A DNA stretch of 64,000 nt from Candidatus Poribacteria bacterium. GTDB taxonomy: Bacteria > Poribacteria > WGA-4E > WGA-3G. Each line of letters starts with the position of its first letter. Positions within the stretch are counted from its first letter, which is position 1. The notes beneath the pieces are model-generated. The model saw only the letters and a program-made list of their open reading frames with translations. It was not told the origin of the DNA and did no database searches. Position numbers and translations under genes: made by a program. The stretch covers positions 3,200,001-3,264,000 of the forward strand of contig OZ244048.1 in NCBI GenBank assembly GCA_965215265.1, written 5' to 3'. This document shows, one piece after another, positions 1-9,876 of this stretch.

Positions 1-2403
1 CTTGGTATCAACAATCTCATGCCCATCATTTGTGAGGCTTTTGGGCACGTTTTCAATAGGTTCGCCATCGTCAATCGTAACTTCCAGAAGCTGGCCGAGT
101 TCCATCGTTTCCAGCCGGATCTTGGCTTGGACGTAGTTAAACGGACATGCGACACCCTTCAGATCGAGGCTATCCAAGATTTCTTCAACCGGTGGCTTAG
201 TCTCCTTAACTATCTTAGGTTTACGTGCTGGACGGGCCCTACGTGTTTTCCGGCGGCTCTGTTCCTCTTCCTCTTGCTTGATGCGCATGCGCCCATAGAC
301 GTTATGCGATTCTTCCACAAAGAGCGTCGCTTCCTCGACCCGGCGGTGTGCCAATTCGTGGTCGAAGGTAGAGGCATCCTCTTCCATCGCTTTAAATAGG
401 TGTGCGCCGTAGCCGGGGAAGAAGTTCCCGGGCTCAAAGAAATGGGTTCGGAATTCGGTAACTGTAGTTGCATCGTTAATGTACTGCAATCCTGCCGTAG
501 TTAAGAGCCCATCTGCTGCCCTGATCATGGCATCAAACGCCATCTCTGCGGAATCTTGGTAGGTTCCTTTTTCCAAGTTTAAGCCCGATTCATAGAGGAG
601 CCGGTCAGCCTCTTCCAATTTGAAGGAGACCAATGCTACCAGTTGCCCAGCACATTCACCGACACCGGTTTTGAGTTGGAATTCCTTGGTGTCCCCGGTG
701 TCAACATAAAATTCCGGTGCCTCTTCATAAGAAGGAATTTTATCGTACTTGGAGAGAATCTGCTTGATTTTGGCTTTACCGAGCCTGCCTATGTAATCGG
801 TAAAGGATTCATCGTCCTCGCGTTCAGTAGTGTATTTCCCGGTTAATTCTTCAATGAACGCGGGGATATGCTTCCCGTGAATTTTGCCTGTAGGGAGTCC
901 GTAAGAGCTGGCATTTTCAATCATGTGTCCGCCGAGAAGGACCTGATAATACGGTGCAATATGTCCGCCCATCCGGCGGGAAGAACCGAAGAAACCGATG
1001 TTCGCGATGTGATGCTGTCCGCACGAGTTGGGGCATCCACTAATCTTAATCCGCAACCCCTTGATTTCATCCTGTACCCCTGCTTCCATGAAGTAGCCCC
1101 GGAGGTGTGCTGCCAATCCACGTGAAGAGGAGACCCCGAGTTTGCAAGAGTCGGTGCCGGGGCAGGCCGTAATATCCACGGTGGATTCTGCACCCGCGTC
1201 TCCCAATCCGATTGCTTTCAGTTCACGATAGAGTGCGGGCAGATCAGTCATGGTTACCCATCGGAGTACGATATTCTGTTCCACCGTAGCGCGGATGGTA
1301 TCTTTGACGTATTTGCGCGAGATGTCTGCCAAAGCGCGTGTCTGGTCTGCGGTAATATCACCCAGTGGAAGCGTAATCGTGACGACTGCGTACCCCGGTT
1401 GTTTCTGCGAGCGCACGTTGGATTCATACCACTCTGCGAACCCTTCTGGTTGTGCTGCGCCGTTGAGCTGGGTTGGCGGTTTAAGCGGGCTTTCAGCGTA
1501 AGCATCCAGATTCTCGAGATATGCTGTCCAGGCCGGGTCGTGCCTCAGTTTGGCGCGTTCCTCAAGCACCAGTTTTCGGAATTCGTCAATTCCGTGTTTT
1601 GCAATCACGAATTTCAGGCGTGCTTTATTTCGGTTCCGCCGTTCGCCCAAGCGGGTGAAAACCTTGGAGATTGCTTGTGAAATCGGTAAGAGTTCCTCAG
1701 CTGGCACGAAATCGTCAAAGACTTTTGCCTGATGCGGTACTGCACCGAGCCCACCCCCGACGTAGAGTTTAAAGCCGCGCTTCACTTCACCGTCGATCTC
1801 TTTCACCGCGGCAACTGCGCCGATGTCGTGCATGTTTGCTAGACCGCAGGCGTGCTCTTCACAGCCTGAAAACGCGATTTTGAATTTACGTCCGAAATCC
1901 TGCGCGTCCGGATGCCCGAGCAGAAAAGCAGATAACGCCTTGGAATACGCTGTCACGTCAAACGTCTCATCTTGGCAGACACCCGTGATGGGACAAGCAG
2001 TGACATTACGGACAACGTTACCGCATGCTTCCTTTGTCGTAATGCCAACGCTGGCTAGGCGACGCATTAGCTCTGGCGTATTATTGATGTCAACGTAGTG
2101 GTATTGCACATCTTGTCGCGTGGTGATGTGAATGATATTGTCAGAGAACTCCTCTGCGACATCCGCGAGCATCTCAAGCTGGACCGCGGTGAGTCCGCCA
2201 AACGGTATTTTCACACGAATCATCTGGGAGCCGTCATCGCGTTGCCCGTAAACCCCGTGACGTAACCTAAATTCGGTAAAGAGGGTCTCCTCCACTTGGC
2301 CGGCTTGCACGCGGCCGAGTTGGATTTCATAAATTTCTATAGCGCGGGCCTCATCGGGCGGAATCGCCGCCGCGTCATACGGACCCGCATGTCCGATAGC
2401 CAT
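1..2403 (-). CDS. Nitrite/sulfite reductase (siroheme/4Fe-4S) with C-terminal helical region and TusA/SirA-like domain; 3' end runs off the window
   Basis: Not in the ORF track because there is no stop inside the window. Manual translation from ATG 2403 (GGAG RBS upstream): FRLRHGVYGQR, MIRVKIPFG, HITTRQDVQ, EACGNVVRNVTACP, RKFKIAFSGC, CPGTDSCKLG, ISGCPNSCGQHH. The same frame ends in LDLKGVACPFNYV...DDGEPIENVP (TusA). Confidence 0.88.
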   Translation of the reverse strand, partial: MAIGHAGPYDAAAIPPDEARAIEIYEIQLGRVQAGQVEETLFTEFRLRHGVYGQRDDGSQMIRVKIPFGGLTAVQLEMLADVAEEFSDNIIHITTRQDVQYHYVDINNTPELMRRLASVGITTKEACGNVVRNVTACPITGVCQDETFDVTAYSKALSAFLLGHPDAQDFGRKFKIAFSGCEEHACGLANMHDIGAVAAVKEIDGEVKRGFKLYVGGGLGAVPHQAKVFDDFVPAEELLPISQAISKVFTRLGERRNRNKARLKFVIAKHGIDEFRKLVLEERAKLRHDPAWTAYLENLDAYAESPLKPPTQLNGAAQPEGFAEWYESNVRSQKQPGYAVVTITLPLGDITADQTRALADISRKYVKDTIRATVEQNIVLRWVTMTDLPALYRELKAIGLGDAGAESTVDITACPGTDSCKLGVSSSRGLAAHLRGYFMEAGVQDEIKGLRIKISGCPNSCGQHHIANIGFFGSSRRMGGHIAPYYQVLLGGHMIENASSYGLPTGKIHGKHIPAFIEELTGKYTTEREDDESFTDYIGRLGKAKIKQILSKYDKIPSYEEAPEFYVDTGDTKEFQLKTGVGECAGQLVALVSFKLEEADRLLYESGLNLEKGTYQDSAEMAFDAMIRAADGLLTTAGLQYINDATTVTEFRTHFFEPGNFFPGYGAHLFKAMEEDASTFDHELAHRRVEEATLFVEESHNVYGRMRIKQEEEEQSRRKTRRARPARKPKIVKETKPPVEEILDSLDLKGVACPFNYVQAKIRLETMELGQLLEVTIDDGEPIENVPKSLTNDGHEIVDTK

Positions 2404-2498
2404 AAATACTCCTTTTTTTCTCTATAGGAACGATCTGGTACTTGCAACAACAAATGATCTTGTTCGGGATGCGTATCTCCAACCTATTTAAAGTATAT

Positions 2499-2527
2499 AG
2501 TATACCTTTAATTCATTTTAAAGTCAA
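2499..2527 (-). promoter_or_regulatory. sigma70-like promoter for the reductase
   Basis: TTGACT-17 bp-TATACT on the minus strand, about 95 bp upstream of the ATG. Confidence 0.6.
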
Positions 2528-2740
2528 GTTTTTTTCTTCGTGCTCACTTAACCCATTTTTTGTAGCAGACTTGTGATAAAGGGTTTCATCTGGAAAAAGC
2601 CTGGGAAGGTGTGTCGGTGTCTGGCAAAATCTCTCCTGACAGACACACCAATTCTAGTTAAGAGGGATGCGGCGGCAGTTCTTTTTCAAAAAAGTTGACA
2701 TTTTTGCGAATTGGGTATAATATATTATATTATATACCTT

Positions 2741-2809
2741 GCCGCCGTGCTAGAACGGATACGAGCACCTCTTATAGGGGGACTTTCGGATTCTATCTCT
2801 GTTGAGGCA
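2741..2809 (+). ncRNA. Degenerate tRNA-like structure (pseudo-tRNA?)
   Basis: GCCGCCG/TTGAGGC partial acceptor stem, GCT..GGATA..GAGC D-arm, CCTC/GGGG arm, CGGA-TTCTATC-TCTG T-arm; TTGACA and TATAAT just upstream; no CCA. Confidence 0.25.
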
Positions 2810-2848
2810 GATTTAAATTTACCTACCTGACACGTCAATCAATTCTCT

Positions 2849-4786
2849 CTACGGCCAGAAATTGTACATCGGCTGCTGCGTCACAACACTGACAAGGCTC
2901 CATATACCGCCGACGGTGAAATCACCGAGCATTAATCCGAGCGCGAACCTGACCAGGTGATCGGATGCCCGCGGCCCTGCAATTTTCAACACAGACCATT
3001 TGACGAGCGAACTGACCAACATACAACTCCACAGATAACGCATGCCCCAATCGCTTGAGACGACGAATCCGATCGGATGGAATGGCCACCAGAAGAAGCG
3101 CGCCCGCATGAACATCAGGAGTGTCGAAAAGAGCAGCCCGAAGACAATCCCACCGGTGGCGTAGAAATTCGGCTCCGTCGGATAGTAGAGCCAACGTTGG
3201 AGGCCGTTGAACACGCGTCCCCCAAAACCGGTTGCCCAGCTGCTCGTACCGCTCATATTCAACGCCCCATACGTATAGAAAATATAGAGGATAACCGCGA
3301 ACACCATCACGGCGGCGAACCCCGAAATCCCGAGCAGTGCGAAGAACAGCCGCCTCGGATGAATGTCGGAACGTTCTGAAAGTTTGAAGCCTTCTAATTG
3401 ATGCGGCATCGGATGGCTTGTATAACTCCGATTAAACCACCGGTAGAGCGTTAAAACAACCAGGTTATTCGTTCCTAACGCACGCGTTCCAAAACTGTCC
3501 ACGAGGATGTGATGATTTGGCATGTTTTCCATTGCATGCACCGGAAACCCTTGTTCCGCACGCATGCGTGTCAGCACAAAAACGATGATGAAATAGATTG
3601 CGAAAAATATAGGAATCAGCCAGATTGACATGCCGATTCGATTAGAGAATAGGAAGAGCAGCAGGAACCCGGCAACGATACCCCATAGCGCGAATCTATA
3701 AGGAATCGGTTCATTTGTGTCTTCACCGGTTCGGTGGCGTGCGATACGAAAGACCCCGCGGAAGTGACGTAAATTTAGCACCAACACGGAAATGAAAATC
3801 CCGATAGCAGCGCCAAAGCACTGTCTGTCAATATAAGGGAATCCGGGCAGGCTCGATAGCCCGGCGGCACTGGCGACAACTAATTGTGCCTTGTAAAACA
3901 GAAAGAAGAACCAACTGGAGAACGAAAGATCTAGCGGCATCAATAAGCCGAGTCCGATGACAAAAGGATAGTAAGACATGCTGATGCCGCCGATGGCATT
4001 CCACGGTTTTTCGGTGAAGAGGTGCCCGAATCCCTGCCAACCGCCAATGCGTTTAATCGGGAGGGTTGGAAGTGCCGGATATAGGAAGCTGAAGCCGTTC
4101 AGCACTGCAATGGATGCAGCAATGCCGAATCCGAGCCATGTAGCACGGTGCGAAAATAGCGACTTCGTGTTATGCGTGACGTGAAAGGCGATTTGCGTAA
4201 TTGGGTACGCAAGCCGCTCGCGTTCTATCCACTGTTTCCGCAATATGACGTTGATGCAAAGCATCACCAGAACGAGCACCGTCATGAACGCCGCCCACGA
4301 GAGTGTCGGCACTATCCATGCACTGATTGATTCTAATATAGAAAGCCGCGATTCGCCTATGTAATACCCCGAGAGCACTTTCGCATCCTCTACAAGCAGC
4401 CATTTCGGGAGATAATCCCAAAAGAGCTGCTTCCATTCGTTTTCCGGTGTGGCGAACCAGAACGCGTGTCCGACCGTTGTCACCAGAATTGTCATCAGGG
4501 TAATAGAGGGAAAAGCGCACGCCGTGCTCAGCAGAATGTATATGGTGAGGAGTTCAGCATCCGTGACTAGGTTGACTCGCGTCGTTCGCCGGATGACAAG
4601 GTTGAGTAGGGAGAACGCGAAAATCACGAAAACGACATTGTAAAACGGAACTGCATAGGTATTCAGCGCGTACCCAACGAGCCCTACTTCGCCCGCAATT
4701 ATCCAGTAAAAATTGAACGGAATCAGCACGAGTGTAATGATGACAGATTTCCACGTTACACCGTGCTGTTTGAGCGGATTTTTCAT
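2849..4786 (-). CDS. Polytopic membrane protein, DUF6785/DUF6784 (peptide-transporter-like) family
   Basis: 645 aa, many TM segments, LRKQWIERERLAYPI and WWPFHPIGF motifs. Confidence 0.75.
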   Translation of the reverse strand: MKNPLKQHGVTWKSVIITLVLIPFNFYWIIAGEVGLVGYALNTYAVPFYNVVFVIFAFSLLNLVIRRTTRVNLVTDAELLTIYILLSTACAFPSITLMTILVTTVGHAFWFATPENEWKQLFWDYLPKWLLVEDAKVLSGYYIGESRLSILESISAWIVPTLSWAAFMTVLVLVMLCINVILRKQWIERERLAYPITQIAFHVTHNTKSLFSHRATWLGFGIAASIAVLNGFSFLYPALPTLPIKRIGGWQGFGHLFTEKPWNAIGGISMSYYPFVIGLGLLMPLDLSFSSWFFFLFYKAQLVVASAAGLSSLPGFPYIDRQCFGAAIGIFISVLVLNLRHFRGVFRIARHRTGEDTNEPIPYRFALWGIVAGFLLLFLFSNRIGMSIWLIPIFFAIYFIIVFVLTRMRAEQGFPVHAMENMPNHHILVDSFGTRALGTNNLVVLTLYRWFNRSYTSHPMPHQLEGFKLSERSDIHPRRLFFALLGISGFAAVMVFAVILYIFYTYGALNMSGTSSWATGFGGRVFNGLQRWLYYPTEPNFYATGGIVFGLLFSTLLMFMRARFFWWPFHPIGFVVSSDWGMRYLWSCMLVSSLVKWSVLKIAGPRASDHLVRFALGLMLGDFTVGGIWSLVSVVTQQPMYNFWP

Positions 4787-4929
4787 CGAACCGTTACGTT
4801 TTTTCGTCTATTAGAGTCGTCAGTTGAACCATGCCTGAAATTTATTATGCGTATGTCGTCTGAGACGTTCCGGGGCCGGGTGTCTCTATTGCAGATGGCA
4901 TATCAAGTCGCGCCAGAAAACCATGCCTG

Positions 4930-5907
4930 TCAAGATTCAGCCTCATGCCGCGCCAGAAAATCCATGAAGGTATCGAGTTCTTCGGAGACGCTTGCAAACA
5001 ACTTCTCAATCTGCTTCGCGTGTTGCTCGGTTTTCTCGTAAATCAATTCTTCGCCATAGAGATGATTGACGCGATGGCGGAAGTCTAAAAGTTCTTTGAG
5101 CCGCACCCGGTTTTTTTCCGAAATCACGGGTGGCCGTTCTGGTCGTTGTTCTGCCATTTGGGCAAGCAAATCGTTATGCCACCGACTCCCACTCGGCATG
5201 TGCATGTCCACCTCACGGGCTATCCGCTCGAAAATCTTCTCAATCCCTCTGTAGACATTGGCGAGTTTTGAGGAGATTGACTCTTCGATATATTTTTTCG
5301 CAGCCGCAGGCATGACTTCAATGTCTTCTAGTGCTTGCACGATATTGGCAATCGTGTGTTGAATTTTAGTTCGTTCATCTGCGAGGCGTTGGGTGAGTTT
5401 ACGCCGGTTCATTTCGTAGATGCGTCCGAACGTGCCAGAAACTGTTTCTGCTTGCTGATATTCATAAGGAACGTGGTTTGCTGTGCACTTGTCGCCATTT
5501 TTAATCGGAATTGCTTGCCTCTGCAGCTGCTCACAGAAAAGGGTTGTAGAGGTTTCAACGTTGATAAGGTCAATTTTGAAACCTTCAGCCAGAGTTCCGA
5601 TTTCCCATCGTGCATCAACAGAGGCAGAATCCGAAAGTCCCCAGACAGCGACATCAATATCGGATGCCTGCGTGAACCATTCGCGCTCCGCTAGTGAACC
5701 GAAAACGGCTACGTGTGTTGCCCCAAAATCTGTATAGAGCATCGCTGCGACGCGATGGGCCGTATCCCAGGCTCGCCGGATTAATGCCTCATCCACTTTC
5801 CGATTTTCCCAGCGGCGTTTGAGTTGCGCCCGACATGCTGCAAGTTCTTTTGTCGACATCTCTTTAGCAGGGGGATGTCGTTCTTTTCTAGAAGACATGT
5901 CAATCAC
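4930..5907 (-). CDS. Fused minimal nucleotidyltransferase (MNT) and HEPN RNase (MntA-HepT-like)
   Basis: N-half VFGSLA...SDID; C-half RHRVNHLY = Rx4HxY; one 325-aa ORF. Confidence 0.8.
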   Translation of the reverse strand: MIDMSSRKERHPPAKEMSTKELAACRAQLKRRWENRKVDEALIRRAWDTAHRVAAMLYTDFGATHVAVFGSLAEREWFTQASDIDVAVWGLSDSASVDARWEIGTLAEGFKIDLINVETSTTLFCEQLQRQAIPIKNGDKCTANHVPYEYQQAETVSGTFGRIYEMNRRKLTQRLADERTKIQHTIANIVQALEDIEVMPAAAKKYIEESISSKLANVYRGIEKIFERIAREVDMHMPSGSRWHNDLLAQMAEQRPERPPVISEKNRVRLKELLDFRHRVNHLYGEELIYEKTEQHAKQIEKLFASVSEELDTFMDFLARHEAES

Positions 5908-5973
5908 CTCCGCCTTCTGTTGATGAATAAACGGATAGATTGTGCTAACTTTATGGGTGCCTCAGCGTATACT

Positions 5974-6957
5974 TTATAGCTGGATGGTCCCTGCATAAAG
6001 ATCTTCCAAGGCATCTTCCGGGCGTGGTTCAGGACTACTTTTGGCAAACTCAAGATCAGCTTCCAGTTCATCTGCAAGGGCAGTCTCAATTGCGTCGAGT
6101 TCTTCTTGGCTAACGTCTGCTTCCTCGGTAAGTACTTGGGTGAGCCTCCGGATTGGGTCGCGTTGTCGTTCTTGTTCTTGCACCTCTTCTCTGTTTCGGT
6201 AAGAGGTTCCTGGGTCGCCGATGTGATGCCCTCGGAATCTATAGGTGTCACAATTGAGAAGGGTAGGTCCCCCGCCGTCACGTGCCCGCGTGACGGCATC
6301 ATGTGCTGCTGCGTAAACTTTAAGTACATCATTGCCATCAACGGTGATGCCCGGCATGTCGTAAGCGGGTGCGCGCACGGCTATATCCTCTACGCGTTGA
6401 TGTTCCTTTTGGGGTGTCCCCATCCCGAATCGGTTGTTTTCACAGACAAAAATGACAGGCAATTCCCAGACTGCGGCGAGATTAAGGCTTTCATGGAACA
6501 CGCCTTGGTTGGTTGCGCCATCGCCAAAGAAGGACACTGCAATCTGATTCGTGCTGCGCATTTTGGCAGAGAGCCCTGCGCCTGCAGCGAGCGGAATGCC
6601 GGCACCCACAACGCCGTTTGCCCCAAGGATCCCGGTCGCTTTATCGGCGATGTGCATGGAACCGCCTTTACCTTTACAGTAACCTGTTGTACGGGCGAAC
6701 AGCTCCGCCATCATCCGGGAACGTTTTCCGCCTTTCGCAATCAGATGGCCGTGGCCCCGGTGCGTACTGGTAATATAATCGTCATCTTTCAAATGGGCGC
6801 AAACTCCTACGGCCGTCGCCTCTTCACCGATGTAGAGATGAAGGAAACCGGGGAGTTGGCCGCTCTGATAAAGCGTGCCGGCGGCTTCTTCAAACTGCCG
6901 AATTTCTACCATCTTACGATACATCCAAAGCATCTGCTCTTTGCTCGGTTTTGACAT
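5974..6957 (-). CDS. TPP-dependent 2-oxoacid/acetoin dehydrogenase E1 alpha subunit
   Basis: GFLHLYIGEEA, THRGHGH, GKGGSMH, FGDGA...N TPP motif, YRFRGH. Confidence 0.92.
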   Translation of the reverse strand: MSKPSKEQMLWMYRKMVEIRQFEEAAGTLYQSGQLPGFLHLYIGEEATAVGVCAHLKDDDYITSTHRGHGHLIAKGGKRSRMMAELFARTTGYCKGKGGSMHIADKATGILGANGVVGAGIPLAAGAGLSAKMRSTNQIAVSFFGDGATNQGVFHESLNLAAVWELPVIFVCENNRFGMGTPQKEHQRVEDIAVRAPAYDMPGITVDGNDVLKVYAAAHDAVTRARDGGGPTLLNCDTYRFRGHHIGDPGTSYRNREEVQEQERQRDPIRRLTQVLTEEADVSQEELDAIETALADELEADLEFAKSSPEPRPEDALEDLYAGTIQL

Positions 6958-7123
6958 AGTTTCTCCTATTGGTATACTTGATTTAGTTCACACGAAGCGT
7001 GTGAAATTGTAATATGGGTTTGCATTGCTTCACAAAGAAACAGTATAAAATAGTACAAATATCCTCTTATTTTAAATTAACATTTGTTAGAGATGTTCTA
7101 TATTTTCTTGAACAAGAAATATT

Positions 7124-7619
7124 TTAAAGGATTCCATACTCTTCACATTTTTGTATGATTAATTCTGTATTCTTGCAGTTATCCAGAATCCAATAATTTT
7201 CCTTCAAATCACTTATCTTATTAATAGAAATGCTTTTTTGATTCAAGCATTCAATGAGAATTGTTGGAACGAAATAGAGTTCAAATGCGTGATCGCTTAT
7301 CGGGTGGATCCCGATGATAACGTCTGAGGTTTCTGTTGATTGTGTATACGTTTTCACATTTGATTTATATTCTCTATCAACACCGCCTCTTGCCCCACCG
7401 GTGAATGCAACTGATTTAGTGGCAGTTTTGACTTGTGCGCGAATAATATCTTCATGTCCATCTGTTTTTTTTTCGAACAACGATGATATCGTAAGGCGAT
7501 AGTGGTAAATCTACTAAAGAAACGTTCTGGTATTTTTTCATCAGAATTCCAGCAACGATATGCTCATGGGCAAATCCATCTACTGAAGTTTGTCTGCCTC
7601 TTTCTTCTGTTTTTGCCAT
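7124..7619 (-). pseudogene. Putative type II restriction endonuclease (PD-(D/E)xK-like), frameshifted at an A9 run
   Basis: ATG 7619 with GAGGT RBS gives MAKTEERGRQTSVDGFAHE...PYDIIVVRKK. Deleting one A at 7465-7473 joins it to TDGHEDIIRAQVKT... (164 aa). It follows a methyltransferase in an AT-rich segment. Confidence 0.65.
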
Positions 7620-8929
7620 CTTTTACCTCGGACTGCTTGTTTTTTTAGTACTAAGATCCAGTCGGTGTTGATGCGTTCACCTCTCGGTACTGTAATAAAA
7701 TGTTTGATAATCTCTGAGCCAAAGTAGGTTTCAACTTGGAACCCGATTTTTTCGGCGAGTCCCATAAGATACTTCCAATTTTCGAACAACCGCCCTCGGA
7801 TACGATTATTCCCGACAACGATGATATATCTTCCCCCTGTTCGCAAAACTTTATAAACTTCAACAAGGTTTTGCTGCATATCTTCTAGGTATTTGAAGGC
7901 GATGAACGCCCGCCTCGGGTCTTCTTCAAAAATACTTGAGATGACGTTATCCGCTTCTGGTAACCCTATTTGATGGCAAATTTTGTAATCTAGAACCGAA
8001 ACGCTTTCTGTTCCAACGTTTCTCTTTTTCAAATCGGTTAAAGAATTCTGCATGAAATCGAGCCAGTACATCTCCAATTGGTGGGTGCGTGGATAGTCAA
8101 CTGCATTGACGTAAGGTGGGGAAGTCAGTGCAAGGTCAAAAGAGGCTTCTCCGTATTTGATATGTCTCGCATCCATGTCTTCGGGAAAACAGGCAGTTAT
8201 GCTGTCTGGATAATTATGAGAAAAGACTACCATTTTAGGTACTTTATCAAGTACTGCTTTTGCAAATCGGTTCAGTGCGTCGGCCGGACGTACCAATTTG
8301 TTCAATTTCTTCCGGATTACGGTACGTGTGCAATTATCGTCTGCGTTTGAGACGGCACGGATGATAGAAGAAAAACAGACTCGGAAGAAGTCTTTAACCG
8401 CGCTGCTTGCATCAAGGGAGCCGATCTCTTTTTTTAAATAGGACAGTTCGAAAAGAATTTCTTTGTTGAACCAGTTGTCCCTATAAGGGAAATCCGGTAA
8501 GTCGGTTTCGTCTACGAGTGCCGGTCGGTAATTTAAGACAGCCTCCAACAGCAATTTTCGCGATGTCCTCAATTCGTTTTCTGGTAAAGGTGTGACTTTC
8601 ACTCTGGAAAGGAAGCGAGAAAATGGGTCTACATCAATTCCTACAGAGTGTCTTCTGGCGAGGAGGGCTTCAAGGTTTGTGGTTCCGCTGCCGGCAAACG
8701 GATCGAGGATGCGTTCATTTTCCTCAGAGTACCGTTTGATGAGCCAGCGCGGTAATTCAGGAAAAAATTTGGCTGGGTACTTGTGCAAACCGTGCGTTAG
8801 AGAACGTTGGGCGTTGCTGATAAACAAGAATCTGTCGCCAGCATTTGCCGGCAAATCGACCGGAATGTCCCCCGTGACGCGGATAATACTCTCGCCAAAT
8901 TCATTTACAATTTCGGTAATGTTTTCCAT
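7580..8929 (-). CDS. DNA amino-methyltransferase, probably N4-cytosine, alpha-class motif order
   Basis: HKYPAKF, motif I LDPFAGSGTT precedes catalytic TSPPY. Confidence 0.88.
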   Translation of the reverse strand: MENITEIVNEFGESIIRVTGDIPVDLPANAGDRFLFISNAQRSLTHGLHKYPAKFFPELPRWLIKRYSEENERILDPFAGSGTTNLEALLARRHSVGIDVDPFSRFLSRVKVTPLPENELRTSRKLLLEAVLNYRPALVDETDLPDFPYRDNWFNKEILFELSYLKKEIGSLDASSAVKDFFRVCFSSIIRAVSNADDNCTRTVIRKKLNKLVRPADALNRFAKAVLDKVPKMVVFSHNYPDSITACFPEDMDARHIKYGEASFDLALTSPPYVNAVDYPRTHQLEMYWLDFMQNSLTDLKKRNVGTESVSVLDYKICHQIGLPEADNVISSIFEEDPRRAFIAFKYLEDMQQNLVEVYKVLRTGGRYIIVVGNNRIRGRLFENWKYLMGLAEKIGFQVETYFGSEIIKHFITVPRGERINTDWILVLKKQAVRGKRWQKQKKEADKLQ

Positions 8930-9067
8930 TATTAGAATCTCCCTGACCTTCTATCAGTGAGGTAACACCTACCTGGAAAATTAACGTGAATTATTTAATG
9001 TGTAATAAGTTTTTTAGCATTGAAATTATAACACAATTAAAGGGGGGCTGCTATAAAATCGAGATAT

Positions 9068-9745
9068 TCAATGCTCTGTAAAGGGCTCGATACACGTAGC
9101 GGAATCATTCTGCGGACGATTGACAAACCGGGACACCGGATAAGCGTCCATCTCTTCACCGGGGTAGGAAGTGAGGAGCGGCTGCAGTACGTCTGCAGAC
9201 TGTTCATCTGCTGAAAGCCACTGTGCATAAGCATCTTGTGGAAGAATTACGGGCATCCGGTGATGAATGTTTTCCAGAAAAGCATTCGGTGCACACGTGA
9301 CAATAGTACAGGAACGGATCGGTTCATCCATTCCATCAGCGTTCCATACCTCCCATAAGCCTGCGAACGCGAACGGCTTTTGCGATTTGAGTCTGATGTA
9401 GACGGGCTGTTTTAGCCTTTCCCCTGGGACCTTTTGCCATTCGTAGTAGCCGTCTGCCAAGATAAGGCATCGTCGTCGTTTGTAAGCATTGCGGAAGGAC
9501 GGTTTTTCTGCAAGCGTCTCGGCGCGCGCGTTAATCATGCGATTTCCGATGCCCGGTTCTTTTGCCCAAAACGGGATTAGTCCCCAATGAAAAAAATCAA
9601 TTTGTTTCTCCGTGTTCGCTATTACGGCTACGTTTTGTGTAGGTGAAATATTATAGCGCGGTGCCATATTCGCAGGAATATCAAAAACGATGAAAGTTTG
9701 CGTCAATGTTTCTGTATCGCTTGCTAAGGTAAATCGTCCACACAT
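9068..9745 (-). CDS. SOS response-associated peptidase (SRAP, YedK/HMCES family), abasic-site protection
   Basis: Start re-assigned to MCGRF (catalytic Cys2); RYNISPTQ, INARAET, GYYEW, HHRMPVIL. Confidence 0.92.
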   Translation of the reverse strand: MCGRFTLASDTETLTQTFIVFDIPANMAPRYNISPTQNVAVIANTEKQIDFFHWGLIPFWAKEPGIGNRMINARAETLAEKPSFRNAYKRRRCLILADGYYEWQKVPGERLKQPVYIRLKSQKPFAFAGLWEVWNADGMDEPIRSCTIVTCAPNAFLENIHHRMPVILPQDAYAQWLSADEQSADVLQPLLTSYPGEEMDAYPVSRFVNRPQNDSATCIEPFTEH

Positions 9746-9876
9746 GGTTATCTCCTTGCCAAGAGTGCAACTCGACGGTTTGCGTGTTTTGGTCTTCCAC
9801 TCTGGCGTTTTCAGCATGACAAGGCGTTGCTGATAGCCCTGTAATTTTAAAATTTCTGAGTGGGAGGTACAATTAA

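Noticed and set aside
19-2098. Numerous short track ORFs on both strands
   Set aside because: Shadows of the long minus-strand reductase frame
5904-6954. ORFs 5904-6341 (-) and 6106-6954 (+)
   Set aside because: Alternative-frame and antisense shadows of the E1-alpha gene with no recognisable motifs
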